This document shows positions 14,341 through 30,497 of a stretch of DNA of 64,000 nucleotides, piece after piece. The DNA lies in NCBI RefSeq assembly GCF_009914755.1, contig NC_060934.1; one strand, written 5' to 3'. This DNA is from the human T2T-CHM13v2.0 reference genome, Homo sapiens. The first letter of the stretch is position 1. Every line of letters begins with the position of its first letter. Position numbers and translations under genes: made by a program. A model generated the notes under the pieces. It saw only the letters and a program-made list of their open reading frames with translations. It searched no databases and had not been told where the DNA came from.

Positions 14341-16659
14341 TTAACTTTGTTGCTTTGAGTGTTCTGTGTGTTACATAAATGACTCAAAAATCCCATCTGA
14401 CACAACTCCAGAAGGCTTTCTGGTTTGCTGTCAGTCATGGGCATATTTATGGGCATGACACACACACAGATGAGCCATTTAAATAGGATTTTGAGCATTG
14501 CTAATTTTGCTTCAGAAAGATTTGTTTGATTTTGATGCCTTTTGCTTAATCCCTACATATCTGGTCTTCAAATATGAACTATTAAATCATATATCCAACA
14601 CCTTCTATATATGTAATACTGAATATTAATAATTGGCATAAATAATTACAACTCCACAGCACTGCAGAAGAGAATGTCATTAAAGAGGCTAGTCAGTAAT
14701 ATACATCCAGCCAATGTTTGTTGAATGAATAAATGAAATTTCATTTAGCATATTTAATTTTTGTGAAAGCAAAAGAGTATTACACTACTAATACATTCCT
14801 CTTGTTCCATGAATAATTATTGATTATTTAATGTATTTTACACGATTTTCAGGAGCAATCGTTATAGTAAAAATGTAGTAGTTTTTAATACTTATGCAGA
14901 AAAGCACATAAAACAGAATGCTCCTATGTTCCCTTCTTTTTACATTAGGAAACATTTTTTTCTTTATTTAAAAATGAAATTTTTCAGTATAAACTATTAT
15001 ATGGTAACTAACAAAACATTTAAAAGTACTACAGTCTTTTTCTTTCATCACCAGATACAACCACTATTAATATTTTAATTTCCTTTTTAGTTTTTAAAAA
15101 TAAAGCTGTAATAATATTAAGGAGAATTTTTGTCTTCAATTTCAGAGACAGAATCCTATTGCAGAAATTTTATTTTTAAATTTTCCCTTTGTGTTGCTTT
15201 TCCCCCCAATAAAACAGAAACTGCTAGGCTCTTAGAAAATGGGAACTCTTCCATCTAGTGAAATATGTACAGAAAAATAGATAATAGGCAGCCTACCCCT
15301 TCTACTAACATATCACTGCATCTTAAACTAAGGGGTCTATTTTTTTTTTTTGTCCTGGGAAAAGTGGACTCATTTTCATATCTAGAATTAATGAGGTTTA
15401 GTTTGATAAGGACTGCTTTTAGGTGGCCCTAGAGATGAGTAATAAGGACAAATTAGATATAAAATAAAATATTACTCTTTTGCAATGTTTGCTTTTCCTA
15501 AACCTCTTAGCGAAAGTCTCTGCTGTTTCTTGTCTTTTTTGGCTAGAATGGTTTCTAGGACTATGAACAACTGCTTTAAACACAGCAAACTTTCTAACTC
15601 CTTTTTATCAGGCTTAAATATGATTAAGACCTACCTTCCGTGTGCCTTCTCCCTCCCCTTCCCTCCCTCTTTCAACTTCTCCCTTCAAAAAAAAAAAAAT
15701 TCCAATTTCTTTGTAGTCTCAAAGCTCAGCTGATATGAAATCGATTTTGGGAAGTGAGTTTCATACAAAATTAAAGGAAATCCATTTTATTGAAGAAAAT
15801 TACCCGGCTCCTTAAAGTTCCTCATTTTGTAGCTACTTTATACTTTCCAAAGAATTTCTTTCTCTAACCCACGAAGGGTTGGGACAGATGCTCATATTCT
15901 CATTTTACCCCAAGTTAGTTAGCAACTTGGATCAGGTTAAGAAGCTCGTTCTGATAGAACCTGGATGAGAACCTGGGCCCCCTAGTCTCCTGTGTCAGAG
16001 AGTAGGAGGTTATGCTTGGGAACAGAAGGCCTACGTCCCACAACCATGACCAGCCCAGCGTTTGTGGGAGTTCAGTCCAATATAGAATCACTCTTTCAAG
16101 GTAATAACTTTACTGCGGGCTTTTACGGCCTGCCGAGCCAAATCGAAGTCATGCCATCTCCAGATTGCAGGAGCAGAAACAGGTTAAAGGGCCTCAGTCC
16201 TCCCTTAAGGTGGCCTAAGCTCCGCCTCCTCCCTGCTACATCCTGACAGGCACATTCATCTATACCTCAGCCTGTCAATTTCCACTCCCTTTTTCAGGAT
16301 GAGCCTAGTGTGGACACCAAGGTGTCCGCGTGTTTCGCTCTCTATGGCCCTTGTTCTTTTCTGATGTCAGCCAGCCCTCTGTTTGCTCAAGGCCAAGGCT
16401 ACATAATTACTTAGCATGGACATTTCATTTCCTTCATTTTATGTGACCTGCTGTTTCTCAGGCTTTTGGCTGCACATAATAAGCTTTTTTTTTTTAAAGT
16501 GATCTATTGTATTTTTCCATGTTCTGTTGAGCTGGGAGGAGTCGGCAGAACCTTTTTAATATCAGATATTACAAAATCCCTGGCAGAGGATGGGGGATGG
16601 GGGAGGGTAAAGCCTGGAGAGACAGGGCTAAGCAGCTTAAAAACCACACCACTCACTTC

Positions 16660-17315
<656 letters not shown>

Positions 17316-17347
17316 TAGTGGAGGGCAGGCTAGCATGATGAGAGATG

Positions 17348-17358
17348 CTTTTTTTTAA

Positions 17359-17389
<31 letters not shown>

Positions 17390-17674
17390 CTTGAGACAGG
17401 GTCTTGCTGTGTAGCCCGGGCTGGAGTGCTGTGGTGTGATCTAGGCTTACTGCAACCTCCGCCTCCTGGGCTGAAGTGATCCTCCCACCTCATCCTCCCT
17501 GGTAGCTGGGACTACAGGTGTGTGCCACCATGCCTGGCTAATTTTTGTATTTTTGGTAGCGAAGAGGTTTTGCCATGTTGCCCAGGCTAATTTCGAACTC
17601 CTGAGCTCAAGTGATCCATTCACCTCAGCCTCCCAGAGTACTGGGATTACAGGTGTGAGCCACCGCCCCCAGAC
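17348..17674 (-). mobile_element. AluJ
   Basis: T-rich tail followed by antisense Alu. Confidence 0.92.
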
Positions 17675-18848
17675 GGATGGTTTTAAGTTTCTATTGACTG
17701 GCATCGGCTACTTCAGCAGAAGCTGGATCCATAATGCATTTTGTTAGCTTTGTAAGAGTTACAGTGAGATCTGAGTTAACTATTCCTTTTCCCAAATTAC
17801 CCTAGTGATGTTTTAATGCTCCTTATAAACCAGTCCCCTGCTGTGGTTCCTTCATTTGGTATGACCCCAGGCTACACAGCCAGTAAGAGGCAGAGATGGG
17901 GATTTAAAACCTGATCTTCCTGTTTGTTGCTTCTACGATCTGCCGGCACTTCTTGAGATTCATGAGCGTGTGGCCGTATGATCACTAATGAATTAACTCA
18001 ATCAATATCAATTGAATGTCTATTCTGTCTTACATTTGTATACTGTTTAATGGTTTACAAACAGTTTTTGCAGGTATAATCTCATTTAAATCTTACCCAG
18101 AAACCACAGGAAAGAAGTAAGCCAGGAAATATCAAACCACCCCAAGACACAGGCAGAATACAGCCAGGATTTTAACTCCTGTCTTTTAACTCCCAGTTTT
18201 GCCACACTGTACAGGTCTGCGGTTATTGGTGTCTCTTTCAGATGTTGCTACTATCCAGCCTGGGAATATGGAAAAAAAGTGGGGGAGGAGGGAGCGAGGG
18301 TTATTTAGCTGCACTTTCAAATCAAGGAGAATGGCCACTTAAATGAGACTATTTCTTCACCCATAGCTCTGAGGATGACATTAGCAGCCCACATTAGAGG
18401 CAGAAAAAGAAATCTCCCTTCTGAAAAGACCATAATGATAAAACAACACGTTTTCTGAAATGATAGGAAGAATTTTATGTCGAATATCGTAATGGGGTCA
18501 GTAGCACTTCTCAGAAGGGAGGTCAGCAAACTGGGTCTTGGTGAGTGCATCAGATCAAAGCAAAAGAAGGAGAAGGGGCAGTGCCTTCTGTACCGAGAGG
18601 AGGAGCAGAAGCACAGGCATAGCTGTGATCCAGAAGCGCAGATTTGGGGCCCCTGGTTGCTGGATGGCCAGGGGGAGGATTTGGTGTGGGCTGGGGAGTG
18701 GCTGGAGGCTCTGGAGGCTTCCATGTCAGAGGGTATGCAGTCAAAGAGAGATAGGAGAAAAAAAATACCCCAGCTCGGAATGAACTGATGGATGGAAGGA
18801 GGAGGAAAGCGCAGAGATGGGGGTACTAACGTTATTTCAATTCAGTAG

Positions 18849-19272
18849 TGTTCCATGAAAGGCACATAAAGGCAAAGCAAACCCAAATGCCAAAGGAGCT
18901 GAGAAATCAAAGAGACAGTTTGTTGGAACTGGGTGATTTATTGAGGGAACTTAACAACAGAAAGGTGGTCTTGGGCGGCCGCAAGACAGGCAGATCTCTG
19001 CGCTGTTACTTTCCAGACCCAGCGCTTATCTACCATAGGGAAAGGGAGTATGCGCTCCAGCAAGGTGATTAAAGGCACCCTCCAGAATAGACAAGTATGC
19101 TGCGTGCCTCACCGCCTATAATTTGTGCAGTGACGTTAAGGTTGACATGTTGTCATACAAGAGACAGTAAATAAAGTAGGAATCAAAAGGCATTTATTGG
19201 ACTGGGGCTCATCAGAAGTCAACATGGTGAATTAACATCCAAGATAGAGTCACTTTTGTCTCCACTCCAACA
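18849..19272 (-). mobile_element. Solo LTR, LTR47A-like (ERVL)
   Basis: Minus strand has GGAGACAAAAGTGACTCTATCTTGGATG at its start, contains GTCTTGCGGCCGCCCAAGACCAC and AATAAATCACCC, and ends TTTCATGGAACA, matching my recollection of LTR47A. Confidence 0.8.
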
Positions 19273-19275
19273 TCA

Positions 19276-19821
<546 letters not shown>

Positions 19822-20088
19822 CATAATACATTGTTTTTAGGCAAAGATGGAAAGCATCTTATTAGTCTTACCAGACATGAAAGAATAGTGAAGGATGTAT
19901 CCTCAAAAGACAACCTCCTGTATTTGAATCCAGGTCTTTCACGTCCTGGATGTGTGATCTTGTACAAGTTAGTGTCGGTAGGACAGTTGGAAGAACACAT
20001 GGGACAGATATCACTCAATGACTTGCAGAGACAGCCTGTGTCAGTTTTGTTGTGAGTGGCTCGTTTTTACCCTCTTCCCTCTTAATGG

Positions 20089-20388
20089 ATTTTTTTTTTC
20101 TTTTGAGACAGAGTTTCACTCTTGTCACCCAGGTTGGAGTGCAATGGTGCGATCCCAGCTCGCTGCAGCCTCTGCCTCCTGGGTTCAAGGATTCTCCTGC
20201 CTCAGCCTCCCAAGTAGCTGGGATTACAAGCATGTGCCACCATGCCTGGCTAATTATTTTTGTATTTTTAGTAGAGATGGGGTTTCACCACGTGGGCCAA
20301 GCTGGTCTCGAACTCCTGACCTCAAGTGATCCACCTGCCTCAGCCTCACAAAGTGGTGGGATTACAGGCATGAGCCACCGCATCCGGC
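20089..20388 (-). mobile_element. AluSq/Sp-like
   Basis: GAGTTTCACTCTTGTC; TSD TCTTAATGGATTT. Confidence 0.94.
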
Positions 20389-22474
20389 TCTCTTAATGGA
20401 TTTCTTTGCAGTTCTAAAAAGCATTGTTACAGCAAATATATACACAAGCAAGATAAACTATCTGAACTGTGTTTCTTATTTGGTCATGTAAGTAATGATA
20501 GTGTAATTAGTGTGAGAAATTAGTATTATTTATTAGTATGCATAATATTAGAATATTAATTAAGGAAAGGAGATCAGCATGTTGGCAATCTGAAGACTAA
20601 ATCCATAATTTCAATTACATGATTTTATTTATTCTTATAAAACAAGAATCGTTATTCCCATATTGAGGGGTTGAGGCAGAAGTTCAAAACTTTAGTTGTA
20701 TTTCTGCTTGGGAAAATAGCAGAGATCTAAAATTAGTCTTATTAGACCACAGATATGTACCCAGCCAAATTTAATGTGGGATTTTAAAGTTCATGGAGTT
20801 AAATAGTTCAAAGTAGCACTGTACAAAGCAAATAGAAAATGCACTTTTAAACTTTTTTCAATTTTGCTTGGTAAGATATGAAAATCATTTAAGGAATGTA
20901 TTTATATTTTTATGATAATCCTTAAAATATTTAGCAGCATGAAAAATGTATTAAAATATTAACAAAATGACAGGCTTTTTAAAAGGACAGTTCTTTAGTA
21001 GGTATCATATTTGTTAAATCAAAAGAAAACACTCTTCTATGGTAAACAGTCCTAATTTTTAGCTATAGATTCATATATTTATAGGTTGGTTTATAGTTAT
21101 GTTTGTCAATGAAGTATTATAGCTATGATGTTAGAGCCCTTTTTAGAAGGATGTTTATGGTAATTTTTATGTAGTTAAATAGATTCAAATTAAGATGTAC
21201 TACGGTAAAATTACATATGGCATTACTCCTACCATTTGGAGAAACTGGAATATGCCATGCAACCTTTAGTATCGAAACTCGACACCCACTTTCAAAACAG
21301 CAAGCATAGAGAAATCTTGTGATTTATTCCTCCATAAGTCAGCCTCATGAATCCTGGTGACAGCAATTATTTTGATCTGAATCACTCAGTGACCAATTCT
21401 TAGTTCACTGATTGCATTCCATGAATATTACAGCATCATCTGTACCTAACATAGGAAATTATTGACATCATATTTTACATAGTTGGTTCAAAAGGGCTAA
21501 CTCATTAGAATGAGGGAGACAGAGAGAGCATCCCCAACTCCCTTGTTCTCCAAGATAGAATTGTTAGAAGAAAAAGTAATAGAAATGTCAGAAATAAATC
21601 AAATCAACAGCATACATTTCTGCAGCAATGAACTTTCCTTGTTGTTAGAAAATAAAAGCAAGAAGAATGAACCCTCTCTTCTACAGAAAACTTCTTCTTT
21701 CACACTCAAGTTGCCTGTTCCCTCGATCTTTTTTTTGTACTGTTATTAAACACATGAATATAAATTCATATGGGGAAAAGTTTATAGACCATGGTATGAT
21801 TGGAACTAGTCCCAGAAAATAAAGGCATCTAACAGCATGCATGTACAGTATGTGTTGTTATAAGGCAGTTCCTTGAGATTTAAAAACCTCAAGATATGTG
21901 GTACTAAATAGGAATAAGGAACAAGAATGAAAGGAAGGTGAGAAAAACACGAGTTTTCTCTTGGAAAAATCTATAAATGATTACTGAAGTAAAATATGTC
22001 ATTCTTAAAGAATCATAGACATTTAGAAATCAGACAGAGTATTAAGAATATTAAAGATCATGTCACCAAAAGTCCTCACCTCTTACTAAATGGGGAGACG
22101 TATTTTATTTCTTTAATGTAAATGATAAATGATCATTTCAAGTCCCACATGAGGTGAAACTGACCATAAGAAGGAGATCATTTTTTGTAGCTTTTTTTTT
22201 TTTGGTAGCTTCTAGTTAATACTTCTATACAAGAAGGGATTAAAATGAACCATAAATTCTTTCCAGACAAAAAGAAAAACCCAGAAATTTCTCAATGGCA
22301 ATGTGCATATTTTGCAGCTTGTGTCAGTTAGGGGAGGAGAGAAGGAAGGTTAGTAGGCTGAAACGAAAGGATGCGTCTCAGTGTTTTGTGTATTCTAATA
22401 GCATGTACAGAAAGAAGTAGCCCTGGCTAGGAATGGTCCACATGCAAACTAAAAAGTATTGCCCTACATCTTAG

Positions 22475-22883
<409 letters not shown>

Positions 22884-23544
22884 TAGACTGCAATCTCTTT
22901 TAGAGAATGTGGCTTATTGTTATCACCTGTTTCTTATCCATTGAACCTTCACTGGCACATAAAATGGCGCCTTATAGAAACTTGACAGTACGGTAAGTGA
23001 TTGATTGACAGCTGTACCTTTAAAATAGAAACTTGCTGTCCTGGATCTATGTGATTCAGGGGTAAAGCATGCTGAAGACTTAAGTTCTAAATCAGATTCT
23101 TGTTTGCTCCCTGAGTCTCTCTGAGAGTTCTAATTGCTCTTTTATTCAAGACTCATTGTTCACTGTGTATGTCTCAAAGTAGTTTCAGCCCTCATCACTC
23201 CCCTGCTGAAACCCCTTTGTAAGCAACAAGAAGTATTTCTTTTCTTTTGTACAACTCTTAGCAGTGATTGTGATAAAATCTGTATAAATACATATTTGGA
23301 ATGCTCCAGACCTCCATGCAAAATGTACTAACACCTTCTTTTGGAAATTGTCCTTTATTGCTTTTATTTTCCTTCCCCAAGCACATAAAAATGACCACAA
23401 AGGTATTTATGTGAAACATTCTTAGTTCTCTTCTGAAGGTAACAATGATACATACTTTCTGATTTGTTTTTCTTTTGGGGTTGATCATTGGAGGAAATAT
23501 TTAAAACCATAGTGAGAAGAATTTGCCTTAAGGAAAGAAGATAT

Positions 23545-23790
23545 AATAATATTTCTAACAGTGTCCATGGCACTTTATATGTAATCACTCATTTAATTCT
23601 CATGACCAATCTATTCACTAGATCATTAATTATTATTATTATTATCATTAGCATTTTGCAGAAGAGTGAACTTAGGAACAGAAAGAAGCCAAGTAATTTG
23701 TTCACAGTTACTCATCCAAGATCTGAGCACAGACCGGGCTCCACAGGTCACAGGTTTAACCGTGAACCAGAGGTTTAACCGTGTAGCCTT
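23545..23790 (-). mobile_element. MIR
   Basis: ACTCATTTAATTCTCATGACCAATCT...CATTTTGCAGAAGAGTGAACTTAGG. Confidence 0.6.
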
Positions 23791-24153
23791 CTTGACAGGT
23801 AAGAAAGGTATAGGAAAGGAATAATTGAAATCTCAAATTCATGGTTTGCAGTGTTTAATACAGTGAGAAAGTTGATTGAATTGTCTGTGGCTCTTTAAAA
23901 ATATGCTTTTTGGGGGTCAGAATGATACTAATCTCTTCCTTTAACTAGTGACCTTAGAGTAAGTTTGAGTTATCAGGTTGCATAGCTGAGCCACGTTATG
24001 TCAGCTGTGCGTAAAATTTGCTATCATAAAAGATATGAACTGTTGTTTCCATTGCTATTGCAATTTTTGGAAACAGTTTTTTAAAATTCTTTTTTGTGTA
24101 TTCGTTACAAGCATAAGTCCAAATATCCCAGTATCTTTTGAATAGCTTAGAGA

Positions 24154-24443
24154 GGCTGGGTGCAGTGGCTCATGCCTGTAATCCCGGCATTCTGGGAAGC
24201 CTAGACAGGCAGATGGCTTGAGCCATCTTTCAAGACCAGCCTCAGCAACATGGAAAAACCCCAACTCTACAAAAAGTACAAAAAATTAGCCGGGTGTGGT
24301 GGCACACACCTGTAATCCCAGCTACTTTGGAGGCTGAAGCGGGAGGATCTCGAGCTCAGAAGGTCAAGGCTGCAGTGAACCATGATCGCACCACTGCACT
24401 CCAGCCTGGGTGACAGGGCAAGACCCTGTCTCAAATAAATAAA
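24154..24443 (+). mobile_element. AluJ
   Basis: TSD AATAG(C/T)TTAGAGA. Confidence 0.93.
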
Positions 24444-26209
24444 TAGTTTAGAGAGCTTGAGAAAAAACATAGATGTATTCCTCACACATACTTCTGCCTT
24501 GAAATTGATGAGAGTCTAGGACAGGGCGGCAGATAAGTCCAGGTATCATATTAGCATCAGCTCACCTGTCTCAAGATTTACTGTCATCCCAGAGGACACT
24601 GACGTCACACAAGGGAGCTTCCTGCTGCTCTACAGTTTATGCTTGAGGATGGGACACTTAAGTCTCCTCTCTCCAGCCACGAGCCATATTGCCACTTTTC
24701 TATGTTTAGTGACCTTAACTGGTAATTTTTTTTTATCACTTCCAAAATTTGTAAGCACTTGAGACTTGGGAGCTAGTCTCTAGTGGAAACATCTTTTTTT
24801 CTCTCTCTCTCTATTGCTCTGCTAGCTAGGTTTCTTTTTGTTAGGTTAAAAAAAAAAGAATGATGTTCTTATTTTTTAAAAACTAGGTACTGCGCTGAGA
24901 ATTACAGATTGGGGTTTGATCGCAAGCTCTGCCAAAGCTGTGAATTGAAGCAAATCACATCAGCACTTTGAACATCTTTGTTGTTCGAAGAGCCAAGCAA
25001 ATATTGAATATTGAGTGCTAGTAGGTAGGTATTGTGCTGGGTGCATTGTCTGTCTGAACTTTTATCAGCAGGCATCTTTCAAGCTCCCGCTGAATGTGAA
25101 TAAAGTACTAGGCTAGGTAGTGTGGGGCACAAAAGAATAAAAAATAAGATCCCCGCTCCCAAGAGCTTATTTATCAACACACGAATAGCCTCTTTTAGGA
25201 GGGTCAGCCAGTGTCTGAGCCGTGTAGAGAAAGGTCACGGTCACTGAGTGCTCAGTCAACTGAAATCCCTCAAATCTCCAGTATGTTCCTGCTCAGAGCA
25301 TAGGCGTCCCCTACTGTTGCAAACCTAAGACTGCAATCCAATAAAGGAGACCAGCAATTCCAGTTCCTGATGGTACTTAGACATACCAGATACTGGGACA
25401 GGCAGGGCTGGGCAGTGGGCCAGCAGCTGCAAGGTTATGTCCTGGCGTTAGAGGCTGGTTCATGACTGAGACACGTTCTCTCACTAGGGGAGACACAGGC
25501 TCTTCCACCTTGGTCCGAGGCTGTCGGGGAACATGGCTGGGGTCTTCGTCTCTGATGTGCTTTGTGCTGAATGGAGGTGTCTGGGTCACTTTTCTTATTT
25601 AAGATATCTTAAAATGAGAATAGAGAAAGCAGTTTTGGTAGGAATGGAAAAAGATGTAGCCACTGCAGAAAACAGTATGGCAGTTCCTCAGCATATTAAG
25701 CATAAAATTACCATGTGATCAGCAATTCCACTTTTGGGTATACACCCAAGAGAACTGAAAGCAGGGACCGAGAGAGAGATTTGTACAGCCATAACCTAGC
25801 AGCATTATTCACAATAGCCAAAAAGATGGAGGCAACCCAACTGTCCATCAGCAAATGAAAGATGAGCAAATCGTGGTCTGTACATACATGGAATAATTTT
25901 CAGCTTTAGGAAGGTATTTCTCACACATGAAGACATTATGTGAAGTGAAACAAGCCAGTCACAAAAAGGACAAATATGGCTTGATTCCATTTACTTGAGG
26001 TACGTAGAGAAGACAAATACGTAGAAATAGAAGGTAGAATGGTGGTTCCCAGGGAATGGAGAGAACGGAGGAAGATGAATGATTGTTCCATGAGTACGGA
26101 GTTCAGTTTGGGATGCTGAAAAGTCCTGGAGATGGATGGTGGTGATGATTGCACTATGATGTGAATGCACTTAATGCCACTGAGCTGCACACTTAAAAAT
26201 AGTTAAAAG

Positions 26210-26825
<616 letters not shown>

Positions 26826-27136
26826 GATAGTTAAAGTGGTACATTGTAGGTTATGTATATTTAGCAATAATAATAATAAAACAACACAGTTTCCTTTTCC
26901 AAGAGACAGAAGGGGTCTGTTTGGTTAAATGAAAAGGACGTGGTACAAAGTGGTTGAGAGTAGTTGCTGTTCAGGCTCGGGGCTGCTGCTGCTCTCTGTC
27001 TGCCAACAGCCAAAGGCAAGTCGGTTGGAGCAAACTGACTGGTCTTGGCTCTGCCTCAGAGCTGCCCTAGAGCTTTGACTGTATGAGGAAGAGGGGCAAT
27101 GAGGTTTTGGTTGGTTAGATATTACAGCAGCCACGG

Positions 27137-27516
27137 AGGTATGGTTTGGATTTGTGTCCCCACCCAAATCTCATGTGGGATTGTAATCCCCATGTTGGAG
27201 GAGGGGGCTGGTGGGATGGGATTAGATCGTAGGGGCAGATTTCCCCCTTGCTGTTCTCATGATAGTGAGTGAGTGATTTCTCACAAGACCTGGTTGTTTA
27301 AAAGTGAGTGGCACCTCCCCTTAAACTCTCTTCCTCTTGCTCCAGCCATGTAACATGGCTGTTTTCCCTTCTGCCATGATTGTAAATTTCCTGAGGCATA
27401 TTCATCCATGTTTCCTGTACAGCCTGTGGAACCGTGAGCCAATTAAACCTCTTTCCTTTATAAATTAGCCAGTCTCAGGTATTTCTTTCTAGCAGTGTGA
27501 GAACAGACTAATAAAC
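27137..27516 (+). mobile_element. MSTA-type MaLR solo LTR
   Basis: TATGGTTTGGATTTGTGTCCCCACCCAAATCTCATG...CCAATTAAACCTCTTTCCTTTATAAATT...GACTAATA. Confidence 0.88.
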
Positions 27517-28299
27517 AGGACTTCTGATCCTGTGGCTCCAGTGTGACTGCAGCCTGATTAGGACCCCACACCTGGCTGATGCCGTTCTGTCACTCTGTCT
27601 ACTTACAAGCAGAGACATTCGCCATTGGTTAAAACCAAACACAGAGGCACGATCGGCTGCTACAGTACCACCTAGTCTCCAAAATGGCAGGAAAGGGCGC
27701 AAGCCCACAGTATGGACATCTCTGTATTGATGGGAGATCACAAATCCATAAAAAACAGGTGAGGTAGAGAGAAAAAGAAGGAAATTCTGCAGGTGCCTAC
27801 AGCTTCCCATTACATGTCTTGGACAATCTTATCTTAGTTGTATTTCCAGAGCCCCTCAGTAGGCCCCCCAAGAGCAAGGGGCCACCTTCTGCAGAAACTT
27901 AAATGCCAATTGTTGGTATTAGCCAAAGTGGAGAAAGAGAATGAAACTTACTGGTTTGAGATCAAGCTATTGCCAAATAGACATATCATACCAGAAGACA
28001 TGTGTTTGTGTTATTAAAAAAAGTAGTTCCCCCAAAATGACAGTCTCTGCCTCATAATCTACCTGCCATTTACCCCTACCTGCCACTCCCTGAAGCCATC
28101 GGTAACCTTGGAAATGCTTGCATCAGTGATCCAAGTGTGGATCTCCCTACCCCCACCCTTTCTTATTCAGAACTTTGCAGTCTGAGCCTCCTCTCGGCTA
28201 AGGATCTCCTTTGGGGGACTGTTTCAATCTGACATCCTGGCTTATCTATAGGGAATATGCTAGGAAGCTGGGGATATTCCAGAATTAAACTGCAGAGAA

Positions 28300-29290
28300 T
28301 TATGTTCATTCATGGGCCTGTAGTACTATGCACCAGGCGAAGTGCCAAGCAAGGCAAGTGCAAACATGGAAAATAGAAAGAAAGAGGCTCTGCTTACCCA
28401 GGGATCTCAAAGGCGAAAGGGTGAGTGCATTGCAATTGCCTCCAATGTGGTCAGTGTTATTGTAGGGTAAATGCATAGAGGTAGCAACCTACTCTTGGGG
28501 TCTGGAGTAGGAATAGAAAAAGGTGGTGTTCTGGGTTGAATTGTGTTCCCCCAGAAAGTATGTTGAGGTCATAATCCCCAGTACTTATGAATGTAATCTT
28601 ATTTAGAAATAAAGAGGTTTTAAAGATATCATCAAATTAAGATTAGATTTTACTCAATTAGGGTTGCCTCAAATCCAGTATGACTGATGATGTCCTTATA
28701 AGAAGAGAAAACCAAGACACAGATACACAGAGAGAAAAGATGGTCATCCAAAGGTGGAGGCAGAGATGGGGCAGATGCATCTACAAGCCAAGGAATGTCA
28801 AGGACTGCTGGCAACCTCAGAGGCTAAGAGAATGGTGTAGAACAAGTTCTCCCCTAGAGCCTCAGAAATGGCATGGCCTTGCCAACACCTTGATTTTGAA
28901 TGTCTAGCCTCCAGAACTGGAGAGAGTGTATTTCCATTGCTTTCAGCCACCTATCCTATGGTGCATAGCTGTGGCAGCCCCAGGAAACAAATGCAGATGG
29001 TATCATTTGAACTTGATCTTGACGTTGGAATGGTTCTTCAGGTGCATCAACAAAGACAGGAAGAGATAGGGGCTAGAGAAGGACAAGAGCTGTTCAGAAA
29101 GCAGCTTTGATTCAGTGTGATATACCCAACAGGGGTAATGGTATGCACCAGTGTACCGCAATATACCATAGATGGAGTTGAGTTGTGTTCTGGAATGATG
29201 GTAGAAAGGTAGGCAGGAATTAGCCCAGACAGGGGATCTTTTGCTATGCTAACAAGGCTGGACTTTGTTCACTGAGGGTTTCATGGCTGA
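28300..29290 (-). mobile_element. L2 fragments flanking an MLT1 LTR
   Basis: TTCATTCATGGGCCTGTAGTACTATGCACCAGGC; TTTGAACTTGATCTTGA. Confidence 0.45.
28527..28994 (+). mobile_element. MLT1B/C MaLR solo LTR
   Basis: TGTTCTGGGTTGAATTGTGTTCCCCC...CAAGCCAAGGAATG...CAGCCCCAGGAAACAAATGCA. Confidence 0.85.
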
Positions 29291-30424
29291 AGGATTGTAA
29301 AGGCTCCCATAGCCTCACTCATTCTGCTCCCCACTCTCTCTCTGTAGCGTGGAGCATATCCTAGTTTGGACCTCATGTTGTCTTGCTCTCTAGAGTTCTT
29401 CCAGATGGAAGGTTGGGCCAGATGTAGACTGACTTTAGGATGGGAACTATGAAGGCTCTTTTCTGAAACATCTCTCCCGCTTGCATTTGGCATGTGGTTT
29501 TATAACTCCCCATGTCCACCCCAGACATAACCTTATGATTGGCATATAATGTACTCGAATCCAAACCATGATTAAAGTCTGTTTTGTTTTGCAAATTCTT
29601 GGCACTGTTTTGTGAAACTCTTCCAGTTCTAGCCTGGTCCTCTCTTAATAAAACCAAAGCTTTTGATAGCAAGTATTCCAAGGTTGCCTTACTCGCGTGC
29701 CCTGATTCTGTACTGATGAAAGCCATCGTTTTGAGATTTACCTTGGTTCCATTTTCCAATTCTTATTTTCTTATCAGAAACACACTTCATTCTTTTCATT
29801 TTTCTCATTATATGATTAATGATTTTCCAAATCATTTCTGATTAATATGTTTTCCATCCAATGTGAACCTAAAAATAAGGAAAAATCTCAATCCAACATA
29901 AGGGACTACTTGCTACACATTCTTAAAGGATTATTTTAAATCTTTTGAGCTTCTAAGTTGCTTTAAATAGTATAACATGAATGAGTTGACTGCCAAGGAG
30001 TATGGGATTGTAGTGATTCAAAATTTCTTCGTGATCACTCTAAGAATGACTTCTTATTTGCCAGAGTAGCTTCATTCAGATAATAGTAATTATAACAGTG
30101 CTACAGTTTTAAAAAACAATGTGGAAAATTACTACAGGAAGATGCTGGAGGCCTGAGTGGGAGCCCATCTCTGCCTTTAACTAACACAACCGTAAACCAT
30201 TCAACTATTTTTGGCTTCAGTTTCCAGAAAATGAAAAAAGACCTGATTCGATTATTTCTAAACTCCTACAATTGTGAAGTCACGAATTTGCTTTTTAATT
30301 ACAGAGGCGATGTGAACCCTGAAGGAGTGTTTTAAGATTTGATGGCAGCTGGAACCCAAATGCTTTCAGGAAGATTTGAATCTTGCAAAAATCTTTTCAG
30401 TGGGGGCAGTATTCTTTAGCAAAG

Positions 30425-30443
30425 TTTGCCATCTAGTGGCCAC
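30425..30443 (-). promoter_or_regulatory. CTCF-binding motif
   Basis: Minus strand reads GTGGCCACTAGATGGCAAA, a close match to the CTCF core TGGCCAC(C/T)AG(A/G)(G/T)GGC(A/G), in non-repeat sequence. Confidence 0.7.
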
Positions 30444-30497
30444 CAGGACTAAATGGGGCTTTGCTTAAAGTGTTGAACAAAAGACTCCTTGACTAAG

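Noticed and set aside
15247-15265. Partial CTCF-like CCATCTAGTG
   Set aside because: Flanks deviate from consensus (minus strand TTCACTAGATGGAAG); much weaker than the 30425 site
18317-18788. Overlapping 100-135-aa ORFs on both strands in a GC-richer patch
   Set aside because: No recognisable protein similarity; stop-poor simply because of local GC content
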